Source: an uncultured Alphaproteobacteria bacterium
Lineage (GTDB): Bacteria; Pseudomonadota; Alphaproteobacteria; HIMB59; GCA-002718135
Assembly (NCBI GenBank): GCA_902577905.1
Contig: CACHAQ010000004.1
Location: forward strand, 12,206-76,205
Direction of reading: 5' to 3'
DNA: 64,000 bases
Shown piece after piece: positions 40,248-50,288 of this stretch (the stretch's first letter is position 1; each line of letters opens with the position of its first letter). The notes beneath the pieces are model-generated. The model made no database searches and had not been told where the DNA came from. It worked only from the letters and a program-made list of their open reading frames with translations. The position numbers were made by a program, and so were the translations under genes.

Positions 40248-40697
40248 TTGAATTTTTTTTTATATATAAATAGAAAGTTAATAATATTCTTTGTTTTATT
40301 TTTAATATTTGCATTTGCAATATTTGTTTTTTATAAACAAATTAATTTAAACAATATTAAAGTTGAGAATCTTAATAATAATTTCTCTGACGCAGATATT
40401 TCTGAACCAAAATTTGCTATTAACAATGAATCAAAAAAAATTAATATAACTGCAACAGAAGGAAATTTTTTAAGTCAAAATAAAGTTTTGTTAAAAGATA
40501 ATGTAAGATTTAAATCAAATGATTTTAGTATTGAAACAGAGGAGGTTATATTTAATAGAGATAAGCAAACAGCTCATAGTAAATCAAAATCACTTTTTAA
40601 GTCTAAAAATGTTACAATTGTTTCAGATGGTTTTAACATACATGATAGAGGTAATAAGATAATATTTTATGGAAATTCTAATCTTATTCTAAAATGA
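40248..40697 (+). CDS. lptC: LPS export system protein LptC (putative)
   Basis: Single N-terminal TM helix followed by a beta-jellyroll-sized domain; position between kdsD and lptA. TTG start. Confidence 0.55.
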   Translation: MNFFLYINRKLIIFFVLFLIFAFAIFVFYKQINLNNIKVENLNNNFSDADISEPKFAINNESKKINITATEGNFLSQNKVLLKDNVRFKSNDFSIETEEVIFNRDKQTAHSKSKSLFKSKNVTIVSDGFNIHDRGNKIIFYGNSNLILK

Positions 40698-41458
40698 AAA
40701 TATTTTTGAAATTAGTAATAATTCTTTTAATTTCTTTTAACTTATATTCTAGAGAAATAGGAGAAACAGAAATCACAACAGAAGATGGTATTGAAGTTTT
40801 TCAAGAAGAAAAGTTTTATTTACTTAAAAAAAATGTAATTATTGAGTCTGATAATTTCACTCTAAGTGCTGATGATGTAAAAATTAATTTTGATAAAAAC
40901 TTGTACGATATTACTAATCTTTATGCAGAAGGTAATGTAAGCTTTTTCTCAAATGATTTTGCAATGAATGGAAATGGAGAAACTTTAAACTTTAAAATTA
41001 AGACTGAAAAACTGAGAGTACAAGGTAAGCAGTCAGAATTAATTACAAAAGACGTTAAGATGTTTTCAGATGGTTTTATAGAGGTTAATAATCTAAATGG
41101 GGACTTTTCTCTAAAAGGATCAAACTCTAAATTAATTAATGAAAGTATAATTATAGAAGCTTACTCGATTGATGGAAATTTTGTTGATAACAATAATATC
41201 AAAGAAATAACTTTTTTAGAAGTTTATGATGAAAAAATATCTTATGTCAAAAATAATGATACCGAAATGTACGCTAAAACAATAAATTTTAATAATAATA
41301 CCTCAATTATTGAATTGATAGATAATGTTACTATTATTCGTAATGAGGAAAAAATTACAGGAGATTATGGCACTCTTGATACAATGAATAATTCCTATAA
41401 AATTAAATCAAAAAATAAAAATAAAGTAAAAGCAATAATTCAAGATAATGAACAATAA
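40694..41458 (+). CDS. lptA: LPS transport periplasmic protein LptA (OstA-like), with C-terminal extension
   Basis: Signal peptide and repetitive beta-strand pattern; position immediately upstream of lptB. At 254 aa it is longer than typical LptA. Confidence 0.6.
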   Translation: MKIFLKLVIILLISFNLYSREIGETEITTEDGIEVFQEEKFYLLKKNVIIESDNFTLSADDVKINFDKNLYDITNLYAEGNVSFFSNDFAMNGNGETLNFKIKTEKLRVQGKQSELITKDVKMFSDGFIEVNNLNGDFSLKGSNSKLINESIIIEAYSIDGNFVDNNNIKEITFLEVYDEKISYVKNNDTEMYAKTINFNNNTSIIELIDNVTIIRNEEKITGDYGTLDTMNNSYKIKSKNKNKVKAIIQDNEQ

Positions 41459-42194
41459 ATTTAATTTATTAGAAAGTGGTCTTTCAATAAAAAAAATCTC
41501 AAAGACATATGGAAATAAGCAAGTTGTCAGAGATATTAGTATTTCAATAAAAAGAAATGAAATTGTAGGTTTGTTAGGACCTAATGGTGCTGGAAAAACA
41601 ACTACATTTTATGTAATTGTTGGATTAGTTAAACCAGATAGTGGTAGTATAGTATTGGATAAGTTAGATGTTTCAAATTTACCAATCTATCTGAGAGGAA
41701 AATTGGGTATAAGTTATCTACCACAAGAAGCATCAATTTTTAGAGGTATGAATGTTGAAGATAATCTTTTGTCAATAATTGAAATTAAAGAAAAAGATAA
41801 AAATAAACAGAATATATTGTTGGAAAATCTTTTAAACGAATTTGATATCAATCATGTAAGGAAGTCAAAGTCTATTGTACTTTCTGGAGGTGAAAGACGA
41901 AGATTAGAAATTGCAAGAACAATTGCTACAAATCCTAAGTATTTGCTGTTAGATGAGCCATTAACGGGTATCGATCCAGTTTCAATTGAAGAAATTAAAA
42001 TAATTATAAAAAAATTAAAACAAAGAAATATTGGAATATTAATCACTGATCATAATGTTAGAGAAACTCTAAAAATTGTTGATAAAGTATATATTGTTAA
42101 TGAAGGAGCAATATTTTATGAAGGCGATCCTATGTCTGCAGTGAAAGATGAAAAAATTAAAAAATTTTATTTAGGTTCAAATTTCCAACTTTAA
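41448..42194 (+). CDS. lptB: LPS export ABC transporter ATP-binding protein LptB
   Basis: GPNGAGKTT, LSGGERRRLEIAR, LLLDEP and ITDHNVRE motifs. Confidence 0.9.
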   Translation: MNNKFNLLESGLSIKKISKTYGNKQVVRDISISIKRNEIVGLLGPNGAGKTTTFYVIVGLVKPDSGSIVLDKLDVSNLPIYLRGKLGISYLPQEASIFRGMNVEDNLLSIIEIKEKDKNKQNILLENLLNEFDINHVRKSKSIVLSGGERRRLEIARTIATNPKYLLLDEPLTGIDPVSIEEIKIIIKKLKQRNIGILITDHNVRETLKIVDKVYIVNEGAIFYEGDPMSAVKDEKIKKFYLGSNFQL

Positions 42195-42195
42195 T

Positions 42196-43494
42196 ATGAT
42201 TAGTGATGTAATAACAAATGGTATAAATGGTGAACCAAAAATACCTGGTGACAAGTCCATATCACATCGATCTATAATAATACCATCTATTTCAAATGGT
42301 ATATGTGAAATAGATAATATCTTAAAATCAGAGGATGTTATGCATACGCTTAATGCGTTTAAGTCTATGGGAGTTGATATAGAAGAAAATGAAAAAAAAA
42401 TAATAATAAAAGGTAAAGGTCTAAACTCATTAAATGAACCAAAGAATAAAATATATCTTGGCAACTCTGGAACAAGTGCAAGATTACTGACGGGTTTATT
42501 ATCTTCGCAAAAATTTAATTCTGTCTTGATTGGAGACAAGTCATTATCTAGTAGGCCTATGAAAAGAATTGCAGATCCTCTAGCTAAGATGAATGCAAAA
42601 ATTTATACTACTAATGGCTCCTTACCTATTAGTATTGAGGGTAGTAATTTAAAACCTACTGATATAAATTTAAAAATTCCATCTGCTCAAATTAAATCTG
42701 GGTTGCTACTTGCCGCTTTAAATACTGAAGGTGAAACAAATATTACTGAAAATAAAATAACCAGAGATCACACTGAAATAATGTTAGAGTCATTTGGAGC
42801 AAACATACAAACTACCCATAAAAACGAAAATAAAATTATAAAAATTGTTGGTCAAAGAGAACTAATCCCAAATAATATTTCTGTCCCAAATGATCTTTCA
42901 AGTAGTGCTTTTTTTATAGTGAGTGCCCTCATTAATGAACGCTCCTCTATAATTCTGAAAGATATAAATAATAATCAGACTAGAAACGGAATAATCTTAG
43001 CTCTTAAAAAAATGGGAGCTAAAATAAAGTTGAGCAATAATAGAAAAAATAATAATGAGAATATTTGCGATATTGAAGTTAAAACTTCTAATTTAAATGG
43101 TTGTGAATTGGGTCCAGAATTTGCTGATTTGATGATTGACGAATATCCAATTCTTTCAATTGCTGCATCTTTTGCAAATTCACCAAGTATTTTTCGTGGT
43201 TTAAGAGAATTAAGAGTGAAAGAGAGTGACAGATTGAAATTAATTTTATTAAATTTACAAAATTGTGGAGTTAATTGTAAATCTGAAAATGATGATTTAT
43301 TTATTTATCCTTCAGCAAATTATAAAATAAGGAATAATCTTATACAAACTGATTTTGATCATCGTATAGCAATGGCTTTTTGTATAATGGGTACAAAAAT
43401 AGGTCCTTTGCATATCAATGAATCAAGTTCTATTAATACAAGTTTTCCTACCTTTAAAAATGAACTAAATAAATTAGGTGGTAAAGTTTTTTGA
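42196..43494 (+). CDS. aroA: 3-phosphoshikimate 1-carboxyvinyltransferase (EPSP synthase)
   Basis: PGDKSISHR, LGNSGTSARLL, RPMKR, KESDRL and DHRIAMAF motifs. Confidence 0.92.
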   Translation: MISDVITNGINGEPKIPGDKSISHRSIIIPSISNGICEIDNILKSEDVMHTLNAFKSMGVDIEENEKKIIIKGKGLNSLNEPKNKIYLGNSGTSARLLTGLLSSQKFNSVLIGDKSLSSRPMKRIADPLAKMNAKIYTTNGSLPISIEGSNLKPTDINLKIPSAQIKSGLLLAALNTEGETNITENKITRDHTEIMLESFGANIQTTHKNENKIIKIVGQRELIPNNISVPNDLSSSAFFIVSALINERSSIILKDINNNQTRNGIILALKKMGAKIKLSNNRKNNNENICDIEVKTSNLNGCELGPEFADLMIDEYPILSIAASFANSPSIFRGLRELRVKESDRLKLILLNLQNCGVNCKSENDDLFIYPSANYKIRNNLIQTDFDHRIAMAFCIMGTKIGPLHINESSSINTSFPTFKNELNKLGGKVF

Positions 43495-44126
43495 AAAAAA
43501 TAATTATAACTATTGACGGTCCAGCTGCGTCTGGAAAAGAGAGAATAGCAAAATATATAAGTAAAAAATGGAAACTTAATCATTTAGACTCTGGTATCTT
43601 ATATAGAAGATTAGCACTAATTTTTTTAAATAATAATGTTGATACAAATAATATTAATCAAATTAAAAAAAAAATAAAACAAATCCATGAAATTTCTTTC
43701 AGAAATAGTAAACAAATTCGCACACAGAATATTAGTAAATTAGCTTCAAAAATAGCTATTCATAATAATGTTAGGAGATTTATAAATAAGTTACAGTATG
43801 ATTTTGTAAAAAAAAATAAGAAAAAACAAGGTTTTGTTATTGATGGAAGAGATATTGGATCTATTGTTTTCAAAAATGCTGATTTAAAACTCTATATTGA
43901 AGTAAAAGCAGAAATAAGGGCAAAAAGAAGATATAAACAGTTGATTGATAGTGGTGAAAAGTCTATATACCCAAAAATTTTGAAAGATATTAAATTGAGA
44001 GATAGACAAGATAAACTAAGAAAAAATTCACCATTAGTAATACCAAAGGGTGCGCAAATTATAGACAACAATGATAGTTTTAAAAATACTATCAGACAAA
44101 TTTCTGAATTATTAGAAAATTTTTAA
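43491..44126 (+). CDS. cmk: Cytidylate kinase
   Basis: ITIDGPAASGK P-loop, LDSG..YR and DGRDIGS motifs. Confidence 0.88.
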   Translation: MKKIIITIDGPAASGKERIAKYISKKWKLNHLDSGILYRRLALIFLNNNVDTNNINQIKKKIKQIHEISFRNSKQIRTQNISKLASKIAIHNNVRRFINKLQYDFVKKNKKKQGFVIDGRDIGSIVFKNADLKLYIEVKAEIRAKRRYKQLIDSGEKSIYPKILKDIKLRDRQDKLRKNSPLVIPKGAQIIDNNDSFKNTIRQISELLENF

Positions 44127-44127
44127 T

Positions 44128-45828
44128 ATGAACCAACAATCTACAAACAAAATTACTAATTCAGAATACGATACACTTATTGCAAAATCATTAGAAAATT
44201 CTTCAGCTAAAGAAAAAAGTATTGCAAAAGGTAAAATTATCTCAATAGAAAACGAGATTGTAACGATTGATGTTGGGTTAAAAAGTGAGGGTCGTATTCC
44301 TTTAAGTGAATTTTCTAGACCTGGACAAAAAACTGAGGTTGAGGTTGGAGATATAACAGAGGTTTTCATTGAAAATGTAGACAATGCTAATGGTGAAACA
44401 TTGCTGTCAAGAGAGAAGGCAGTTAAACAAAAAGCATGGCACAATTTACAAAATAGTTTTGATGAAAACAAAATTGTAACTGGTGTACCTTTTAATAGAG
44501 TTAAAGGCGGGATGAGTGTTGATTTAGATGGAGTTGTTGCTTTTCTACCTGGCAGTCAAATTGAAACTAGACAAATTATTAAAGATACAAAAGAGTTATT
44601 AAACAAACCTCTAGAACTTATGATCTTAAAGATGGATAGGTATAGGGGTAATATAGTTGTGTCAAGAAAAGCTATAACTGAAAATGAATTGAAAGAACAA
44701 AGGTCTGAACTTCTTAAAAATATTAAAGAAGGGTCAATTATTGAAGGTAAAGTAAAAAATATAACTGACTATGGTGCTTTTATAGATTTGGGTGGTATCG
44801 ATGGTCTTGTACATGTCACTGATATATCTTGGACAAAAATCAGCAATCCCTCAGATGTACTTGAATTGAATTCTACAATAAAAATAAAAGTTTTAAAGTT
44901 TGACGAAGAGTTATCGAGATTAAGCCTAGGTATTAAACAATTAACTCAAAATCCATGGGATAACATAAATGATGAAATTAAAAGTAATGAAAAGGTTTTT
45001 GCCAAAGTAATAAGTATGAATGATAATAACGTTCACTTAATTATAAATAATAAATATGATGGAGTTGTGACTTTAAACGAACTTAGTTGGTTAAAAAAAC
45101 CACCACACCCGTCAAAAATTGTTAATTTAAATGATGACATAGAAGTACTAGTCTTAGACATTGATGATGATAAAAAAAGAATAAATTGTAGTTTGAAGCA
45201 AATGAAAGAAAACCCATGGTTGAAACTTAAAGAAAAATTTAACATTAATGATACTTTTGAAACTGAAATAGTAAATATCGTTGATTTTGGTATATTTGTA
45301 AAAGTTATAGACGAAATTGATGGCATGGTTCATATTTCTGATTTAAGTTGGGACGAAAAAGAATGTGAAAATCTCATCAAAGATTTAAAAAAGGGAGATT
45401 TAATAAAAGTAAAAATACTTGATATAAATGCAGATAAAGAGAGAATAAGCCTCGGAGTTAAACATCTGAATAATGATCCAGTTCAAGATTTTATAGAAGA
45501 TAATCCAATTAACTCAAAAATAACCGGAAAAATAATTGAAGTGGACGAAAAAGGGTTAAAAATCGAATTAGATGAAGCAAAACAAATTTTTGGCTTTATT
45601 AAAAGAAACAATTTATCCAATGATAAGAATGAAAATAAAACTGAAAGATTTGCACTTAATGAACAAGTAGATTCAATAATCTTATCAGTTGATACTAAAA
45701 GTAGAAGTCTTAACCTATCAATAAAAGAATTAGAAATCAGAGATGAAAAGGAAGCGCTTAGCAAATATGGATCAAGTGCATCTGGAGCTTCTTTAGGTGA
45801 TATTTTAGGATCAGTATTAAAAAAATAG
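44128..45828 (+). CDS. rpsA: 30S ribosomal protein S1
   Basis: Six S1 (OB-fold) repeats with recurring G.V..I.DFGAF(V/I)...DG(L/M)VH.SD motifs; 566 aa. Confidence 0.93.
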   Translation: MNQQSTNKITNSEYDTLIAKSLENSSAKEKSIAKGKIISIENEIVTIDVGLKSEGRIPLSEFSRPGQKTEVEVGDITEVFIENVDNANGETLLSREKAVKQKAWHNLQNSFDENKIVTGVPFNRVKGGMSVDLDGVVAFLPGSQIETRQIIKDTKELLNKPLELMILKMDRYRGNIVVSRKAITENELKEQRSELLKNIKEGSIIEGKVKNITDYGAFIDLGGIDGLVHVTDISWTKISNPSDVLELNSTIKIKVLKFDEELSRLSLGIKQLTQNPWDNINDEIKSNEKVFAKVISMNDNNVHLIINNKYDGVVTLNELSWLKKPPHPSKIVNLNDDIEVLVLDIDDDKKRINCSLKQMKENPWLKLKEKFNINDTFETEIVNIVDFGIFVKVIDEIDGMVHISDLSWDEKECENLIKDLKKGDLIKVKILDINADKERISLGVKHLNNDPVQDFIEDNPINSKITGKIIEVDEKGLKIELDEAKQIFGFIKRNNLSNDKNENKTERFALNEQVDSIILSVDTKSRSLNLSIKELEIRDEKEALSKYGSSASGASLGDILGSVLKK

Positions 45829-45833
45829 GATTA

Positions 45834-46142
45834 ATGTTAAAATCACAAATCCTAGAAAAACTTCACAAAAAAAATAATAATTTAGCCTTTGAAGATATTG
45901 AGGAGCTATTTGATCTATTTATAAAAAAAGTATCTATATCTTTACATGAAGGTAAGAATATCGAAATAAGAGGATTTGGAACTATCAGTAGAAAAATCAA
46001 TAAAGAAAAAATTGTTAGAAATCCTAAAACAAATGAAAAATTATTTAAAAATCAAAGTTATAAATTACATTTTAAAATTGGAAAAATATTGCATAAAAAA
46101 ATAAATAGTATTGCTGACTCTAATATGGAAAATGAAGTCTAA
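45834..46142 (+). CDS. ihfB: Integration host factor beta subunit (HU/IHF family)
   Basis: IEIRGFGT...R.R.VRNPKTNEKL motif; position after rpsA as in alphaproteobacteria. Confidence 0.8.
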   Translation: MLKSQILEKLHKKNNNLAFEDIEELFDLFIKKVSISLHEGKNIEIRGFGTISRKINKEKIVRNPKTNEKLFKNQSYKLHFKIGKILHKKINSIADSNMENEV

Positions 46143-46818
46143 AAAAAAAGTAATTGTAGCCTTAGACAGTAACAATATAAACAAAATAATCAGGTTAGTT
46201 AAAATCTTAAAACAAGATGTTTTTGCTTTTAAAATTGGTTATCAGTTTTTTTATAATTTTGGCTTAGAAGGTTATAAAAAAATTTATTCAGTATGTCCCA
46301 AAATATTTCTTGATTTAAAGTTGCATGACATTCCTAATACAGTTGAGAAGGGATTAGAGGGTATATTTAAAATGAAACCCCTCTTTACTACAATTCATAT
46401 CTCCGGTGGTGATCATATGATGCAAGTATCCAAATTCAAAAAAAATAATACAAAAATTTTAGGAGTATCAATTTTAACAAGCTTAGATAGTGATCAAACT
46501 AAAAAATATTATAATCAAAAAAATGTAAAAAAATTAGTAAAAAATTTTACTCTGGCAGCTAAAAAAAATAAATTAGATGGAGTTGTATGTAGTCCTAAAG
46601 AAATAGAATATATAAGAAAAGAAGTTGGAAAAAACTTTATAATTGTTACTCCTGGAATTAGAATTAATAGCAAAATAAAAAGTGATGATCAAAAAAGAGT
46701 GCAAAGCCCAAAAAAAGCTATAGAATTAGGAGCTGATTACCTGGTCATTGGAAGACCTATAACAAAATCAAAATATCCACTAAAAGTTTTAAAAGAAATT
46801 AATAAAACATTAATTTAA
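46132..46818 (+). CDS. pyrF: Orotidine 5'-phosphate decarboxylase
   Basis: VALD, FLDLKLHDIPNT and LVIGRPI motifs. The start is set at ATG 46132; the ORF track uses TTG 46111. Confidence 0.88.
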   Translation: MKSKKKVIVALDSNNINKIIRLVKILKQDVFAFKIGYQFFYNFGLEGYKKIYSVCPKIFLDLKLHDIPNTVEKGLEGIFKMKPLFTTIHISGGDHMMQVSKFKKNNTKILGVSILTSLDSDQTKKYYNQKNVKKLVKNFTLAAKKNKLDGVVCSPKEIEYIRKEVGKNFIIVTPGIRINSKIKSDDQKRVQSPKKAIELGADYLVIGRPITKSKYPLKVLKEINKTLI

Positions 46819-46819
46819 A

Positions 46820-47449
46820 ATGATTATAAAAATTTGCGGAATACAAAATAAGGACACATTACTTTGTTGTGAAAAAAATAACGTAAATTTTTTTGGAATG
46901 ATTTTTTATTCAAAAAGTCCAAGAAATATAAGGATTGAGAGTGCAATTAAGCTTCAAAAAATATCTGAAAATTTAAATATTAATGGTGTTGGTGTATTTG
47001 TTAATAAAAATATTAATGAACTAGAAGAGATAATTAACAGTTTAAAATTAAAATTTGTACAGCTACATGGATCTGAGGATGAAGCATATATAAAAAAAAT
47101 AAAAAAAAATGGAGTAAAAGTGATCAAGTCAATATCTGTATCTAGAAGAGATGACTTAAGTGAAATAAATAAATATCAAAGTATTGATTATTTTTTATTT
47201 GATTACAAACCTCTCAAAGGTGAATTACCAGGTGGAAATGCTAAAAGTTTTGATTGGAGTTTGTTAAACAATTTTAAAATTACAAAACCTTGGTTTTTAT
47301 CTGGAGGCATAAATATAGATAACATTCAGCAAATTAATAATGATATAAATCCATATGGTATAGATTTGTCTTCTGGTGTTGAAAAAGAGCTTGGCATTAA
47401 AGATAATCGCATTATAAATAGTTTTATTGAAAAATTAAAAAATGCTTAA
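46820..47449 (+). CDS. trpF: N-(5'-phosphoribosyl)anthranilate isomerase
   Basis: IKICGI..., VQLHG, FLSGGI and GIDLSSGVE motifs. Confidence 0.88.
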   Translation: MIIKICGIQNKDTLLCCEKNNVNFFGMIFYSKSPRNIRIESAIKLQKISENLNINGVGVFVNKNINELEEIINSLKLKFVQLHGSEDEAYIKKIKKNGVKVIKSISVSRRDDLSEINKYQSIDYFLFDYKPLKGELPGGNAKSFDWSLLNNFKITKPWFLSGGINIDNIQQINNDINPYGIDLSSGVEKELGIKDNRIINSFIEKLKNA

Positions 47450-48651
47450 AAATACTTATAAAAGTTACCCAGATGAAAAAGGGTATTTTGGTCAGTTTGG
47501 AGGCAGGTATGTATCTGAAACATTAATGCCTTTAATTATTGAAGTTGAAAAAGAATACGAAAAAATAAAAAATGATAAAAATTTTATTAATGAATTTAAT
47601 CATTATTTAAACACTTACGTTGGTAGACCCAGCCCTTTGTTTTTTGCTGAAAGAATTACTAATGATCTTGGGGGGGGCAAAAATTTATTTTAAAAGAGAC
47701 GAACTTAATCATACAGGTGCCCATAAAATTAATAATTGTATGGGGCAAATATTATTGGCAAAGAAAATGGGTAAATCAAGAATTATCGCAGAAACAGGAG
47801 CGGGTCAACACGGCGTAGCTACAGCTACAGTATGTGCTCTTTTTGGTTTACCTTGTATAGTTTATATGGGAGAAAAAGATATTGAAAGACAATCACCAAA
47901 TGTTTTTAGAATGAAATTGCTTGGTGCAGAAATACGATCTGTTTCAACTGGCTCAAAATCACTTAAGGATGCAATGAATGAAGCTCTAAGAGACTGGGTA
48001 ACAAATGTTAAAGATACTTTTTACATAATAGGAACTGCTGCAGGACCCCATCCTTATCCAGCAATGGTAAGAGATTTTCAATCTATTATAGGCAAGGAAG
48101 TTAGAAGACAACTTGACGAGGCAGAGGGCAAGTCACCAGATTTATTGATAGCTTGCATAGGTGGTGGCTCAAATGCTCTAGGACTTTTTCATGAATTTTT
48201 AGACGACACAAATGTTGAAATGATTGCTGTAGAAGCAGCTGGGCATGGTATAAATACTGACAAACATGCAGCAAGCTTAACTGGGGGAAAACCAGGTGTG
48301 TTACACGGTAATAAAACATATTTACTTCAATCAGAAACAGGACAAATTCAGGAAGCGCATTCTATCTCTGCTGGTTTAGATTATCCAGGTATTGGTCCAG
48401 AGCATTCTTTTTTATTTGAAGAAAAAAGAGTAACATATATGTCTGCAACAGATAAAGAAGCTTTAGATGCTTTCCAATATTGTTGCAAGTTAGAAGGTAT
48501 TATTCCTGCTTTAGAGCCAGCTCATGCTTTGGCTGTATTAAAAAAAATAGCAAAAAACTATAGTAGTGATAAAGTTATTGTTATGAACATGTGTGGAAGA
48601 GGTGACAAAGATATTTTTACTATAGCCGATGAATTAAAAATAAAAATTTAA
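47442..48651 (+). pseudogene. trpB: Tryptophan synthase beta chain, interrupted by a +1 frameshift in a G8 homopolymer (47670-47677)
   Basis: ORF 47442-47693 encodes the TrpB N-terminus (GQFGGRYVSETLMP...[15 protein letters not shown]). ORF 47620-48651 encodes the rest ([22 protein letters not shown]..., GGGSNA). Removing one G restores ...[22 protein letters not shown]. Confidence 0.9.
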
Positions 48652-49446
48652 ATGACTAATTTAATTAGTCAGGCATTTAAAAATAAGGAAAAAAAGTTAG
48701 TAACATTTGTTACTGGAGGTGACCCTGATTTAGAAACTAGTTTGGAAATTATTAAGACTATTATTAATAATGGTGCCGATATAATTGAAATTGGGATGCC
48801 CTTTTCTGATCCAATGGCTGATGGTCCAACAATTCAGTTATCAAGTAATAGAGCGATAAGTAGAGGAATTGATTTAGAAAATATTTTCTCTTTAGCTTCA
48901 GAGGCAAAGAAAACAAAAAGTGATCTCCCTATTATTTTAATGGGTTACTATAATTTGATTCTATATTTTGGAATTGAGAAGTTTGTAAAAAAATGCAAAG
49001 AAAATGGGGTTGATGGTTTAATAATTGTAGATCTACAACCAGAAGAAGATGAAGATTTGATCAATGAGCTTAAAAAAAATGAAATTGATTTAATTAGATT
49101 AATTACTCCTACAACTGGCGAAGAGAGGCTTAAGTTAATATTAAAAAATGCTAGTGGTTTTTTATATTATGTAAGTGTTATGGGAATTACTGGACAAAAA
49201 TCTGCCAATCTTAATGAACTTAAAAAATCAGTTGCATTTATTAAAAAACACACGAACTTACCAGTTGTGCCAGGATTTGGTATTAAAAACTCAACTGATG
49301 TAAACAATATATGCAAAATAGCTGATGGCGCAGTTGTTGGCTCAAGTATAATTAAAATTATTGAAGAGAATTTAAATAACAGAGAAAAGATGTTGTCAGA
49401 TATTAATAAATTTTCAAAAGATTTGAAAGATGGAACTAAAGTATGA
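48652..49446 (+). CDS. trpA: Tryptophan synthase alpha chain
   Basis: GDPD, EIGMPFSDPMADGPTIQ and VPGFGI motifs. Confidence 0.9.
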   Translation: MTNLISQAFKNKEKKLVTFVTGGDPDLETSLEIIKTIINNGADIIEIGMPFSDPMADGPTIQLSSNRAISRGIDLENIFSLASEAKKTKSDLPIILMGYYNLILYFGIEKFVKKCKENGVDGLIIVDLQPEEDEDLINELKKNEIDLIRLITPTTGEERLKLILKNASGFLYYVSVMGITGQKSANLNELKKSVAFIKKHTNLPVVPGFGIKNSTDVNNICKIADGAVVGSSIIKIIEENLNNREKMLSDINKFSKDLKDGTKV

Positions 49447-50285
49447 ATTGGTTAACAAATTTTGTAAAACCTAAACTATCCTCACTTGTAAAAAGAAGAA
49501 GTGTTCCTGAGAAATTATGGAATAATTGTGTGTCATGTGGAAATATGATTCATCATAAAGATTTAAAAGAAAATTTATATGTTTGTGTAAATTGCAATTA
49601 TCATTTTAGAATGTCTGCTGAAGATAGGATAAAATTGTTTTTCAAAGATGGTGATTATAGCGAAATTACCCCAGATAAAATCTCAGATGATCCACTGAAA
49701 TTCAAAGATAAAAAAAAATATAAAGATAGATTAAAAGAATACAGAAAAAAAACAAATAGGGATGACGCTTTTATTCTTATAAAAGGAAAAATTAAAGACA
49801 AAGAAATTATCTCGGGACTAATGAATTTTGAATTCATGGGAGGTTCTATGGGTAGAGCAGTTGGTGGAGCAATAGTTAAAGGAGCTAAAATTGCTATAGA
49901 AAACAAATTGCCTTATGTAATTGTTACTTCTTCTGGTGGAGCAAGAATGCAGGAAGGAATTGTAAGCTTAATGCAAATGCCAAGAACAATTGCTGCTGTT
50001 GATCTGTTAAATGAAAATAATATACCTTACATAGTCGTTCTTACTGAACCTACTACTGGTGGAGTAACAGCTTCTTTCGCAATGTTAGGCGATATAACAA
50101 TAGCAGAAAAAGGCGCTACAATTGGTTTCGCAGGTAAAAGAGTTATACAAGACACCATCAGAGAAGAATTACCTATAGATTTTCAAAAAGCTGAATATCT
50201 AAAAGATCATGGGATGGTAGATATTGTTTCTCATAGAAAAGATCTTAAAGAAACTTTATACAAAGTATTAGATCATATAAGTTAA
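49443..50285 (+). CDS. accD: Acetyl-CoA carboxylase carboxyltransferase beta subunit
   Basis: N-terminal zinc ribbon C..C...C..C, MGGSMG and SGGARMQEG motifs. Confidence 0.9.
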   Translation: MNWLTNFVKPKLSSLVKRRSVPEKLWNNCVSCGNMIHHKDLKENLYVCVNCNYHFRMSAEDRIKLFFKDGDYSEITPDKISDDPLKFKDKKKYKDRLKEYRKKTNRDDAFILIKGKIKDKEIISGLMNFEFMGGSMGRAVGGAIVKGAKIAIENKLPYVIVTSSGGARMQEGIVSLMQMPRTIAAVDLLNENNIPYIVVLTEPTTGGVTASFAMLGDITIAEKGATIGFAGKRVIQDTIREELPIDFQKAEYLKDHGMVDIVSHRKDLKETLYKVLDHIS

Positions 50286-50288
50286 TAA

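Noticed and set aside
42177-45764. Minus-strand ORFs 42177-42539, 43359-43583, 44112-44471, 45033-45326 and 45483-45764.
   Set aside because: They are antisense to aroA, cmk and rpsA, which all have unambiguous motifs. Their translations are low-complexity Ser/Phe/Ile-rich sequence.
47442-48651. Two separate ORFs (47442-47693 and 47620-48651) called as distinct genes.
   Set aside because: They are the N- and C-terminal parts of a single trpB, joined by removing one G from the G8 tract. They are not independent genes.
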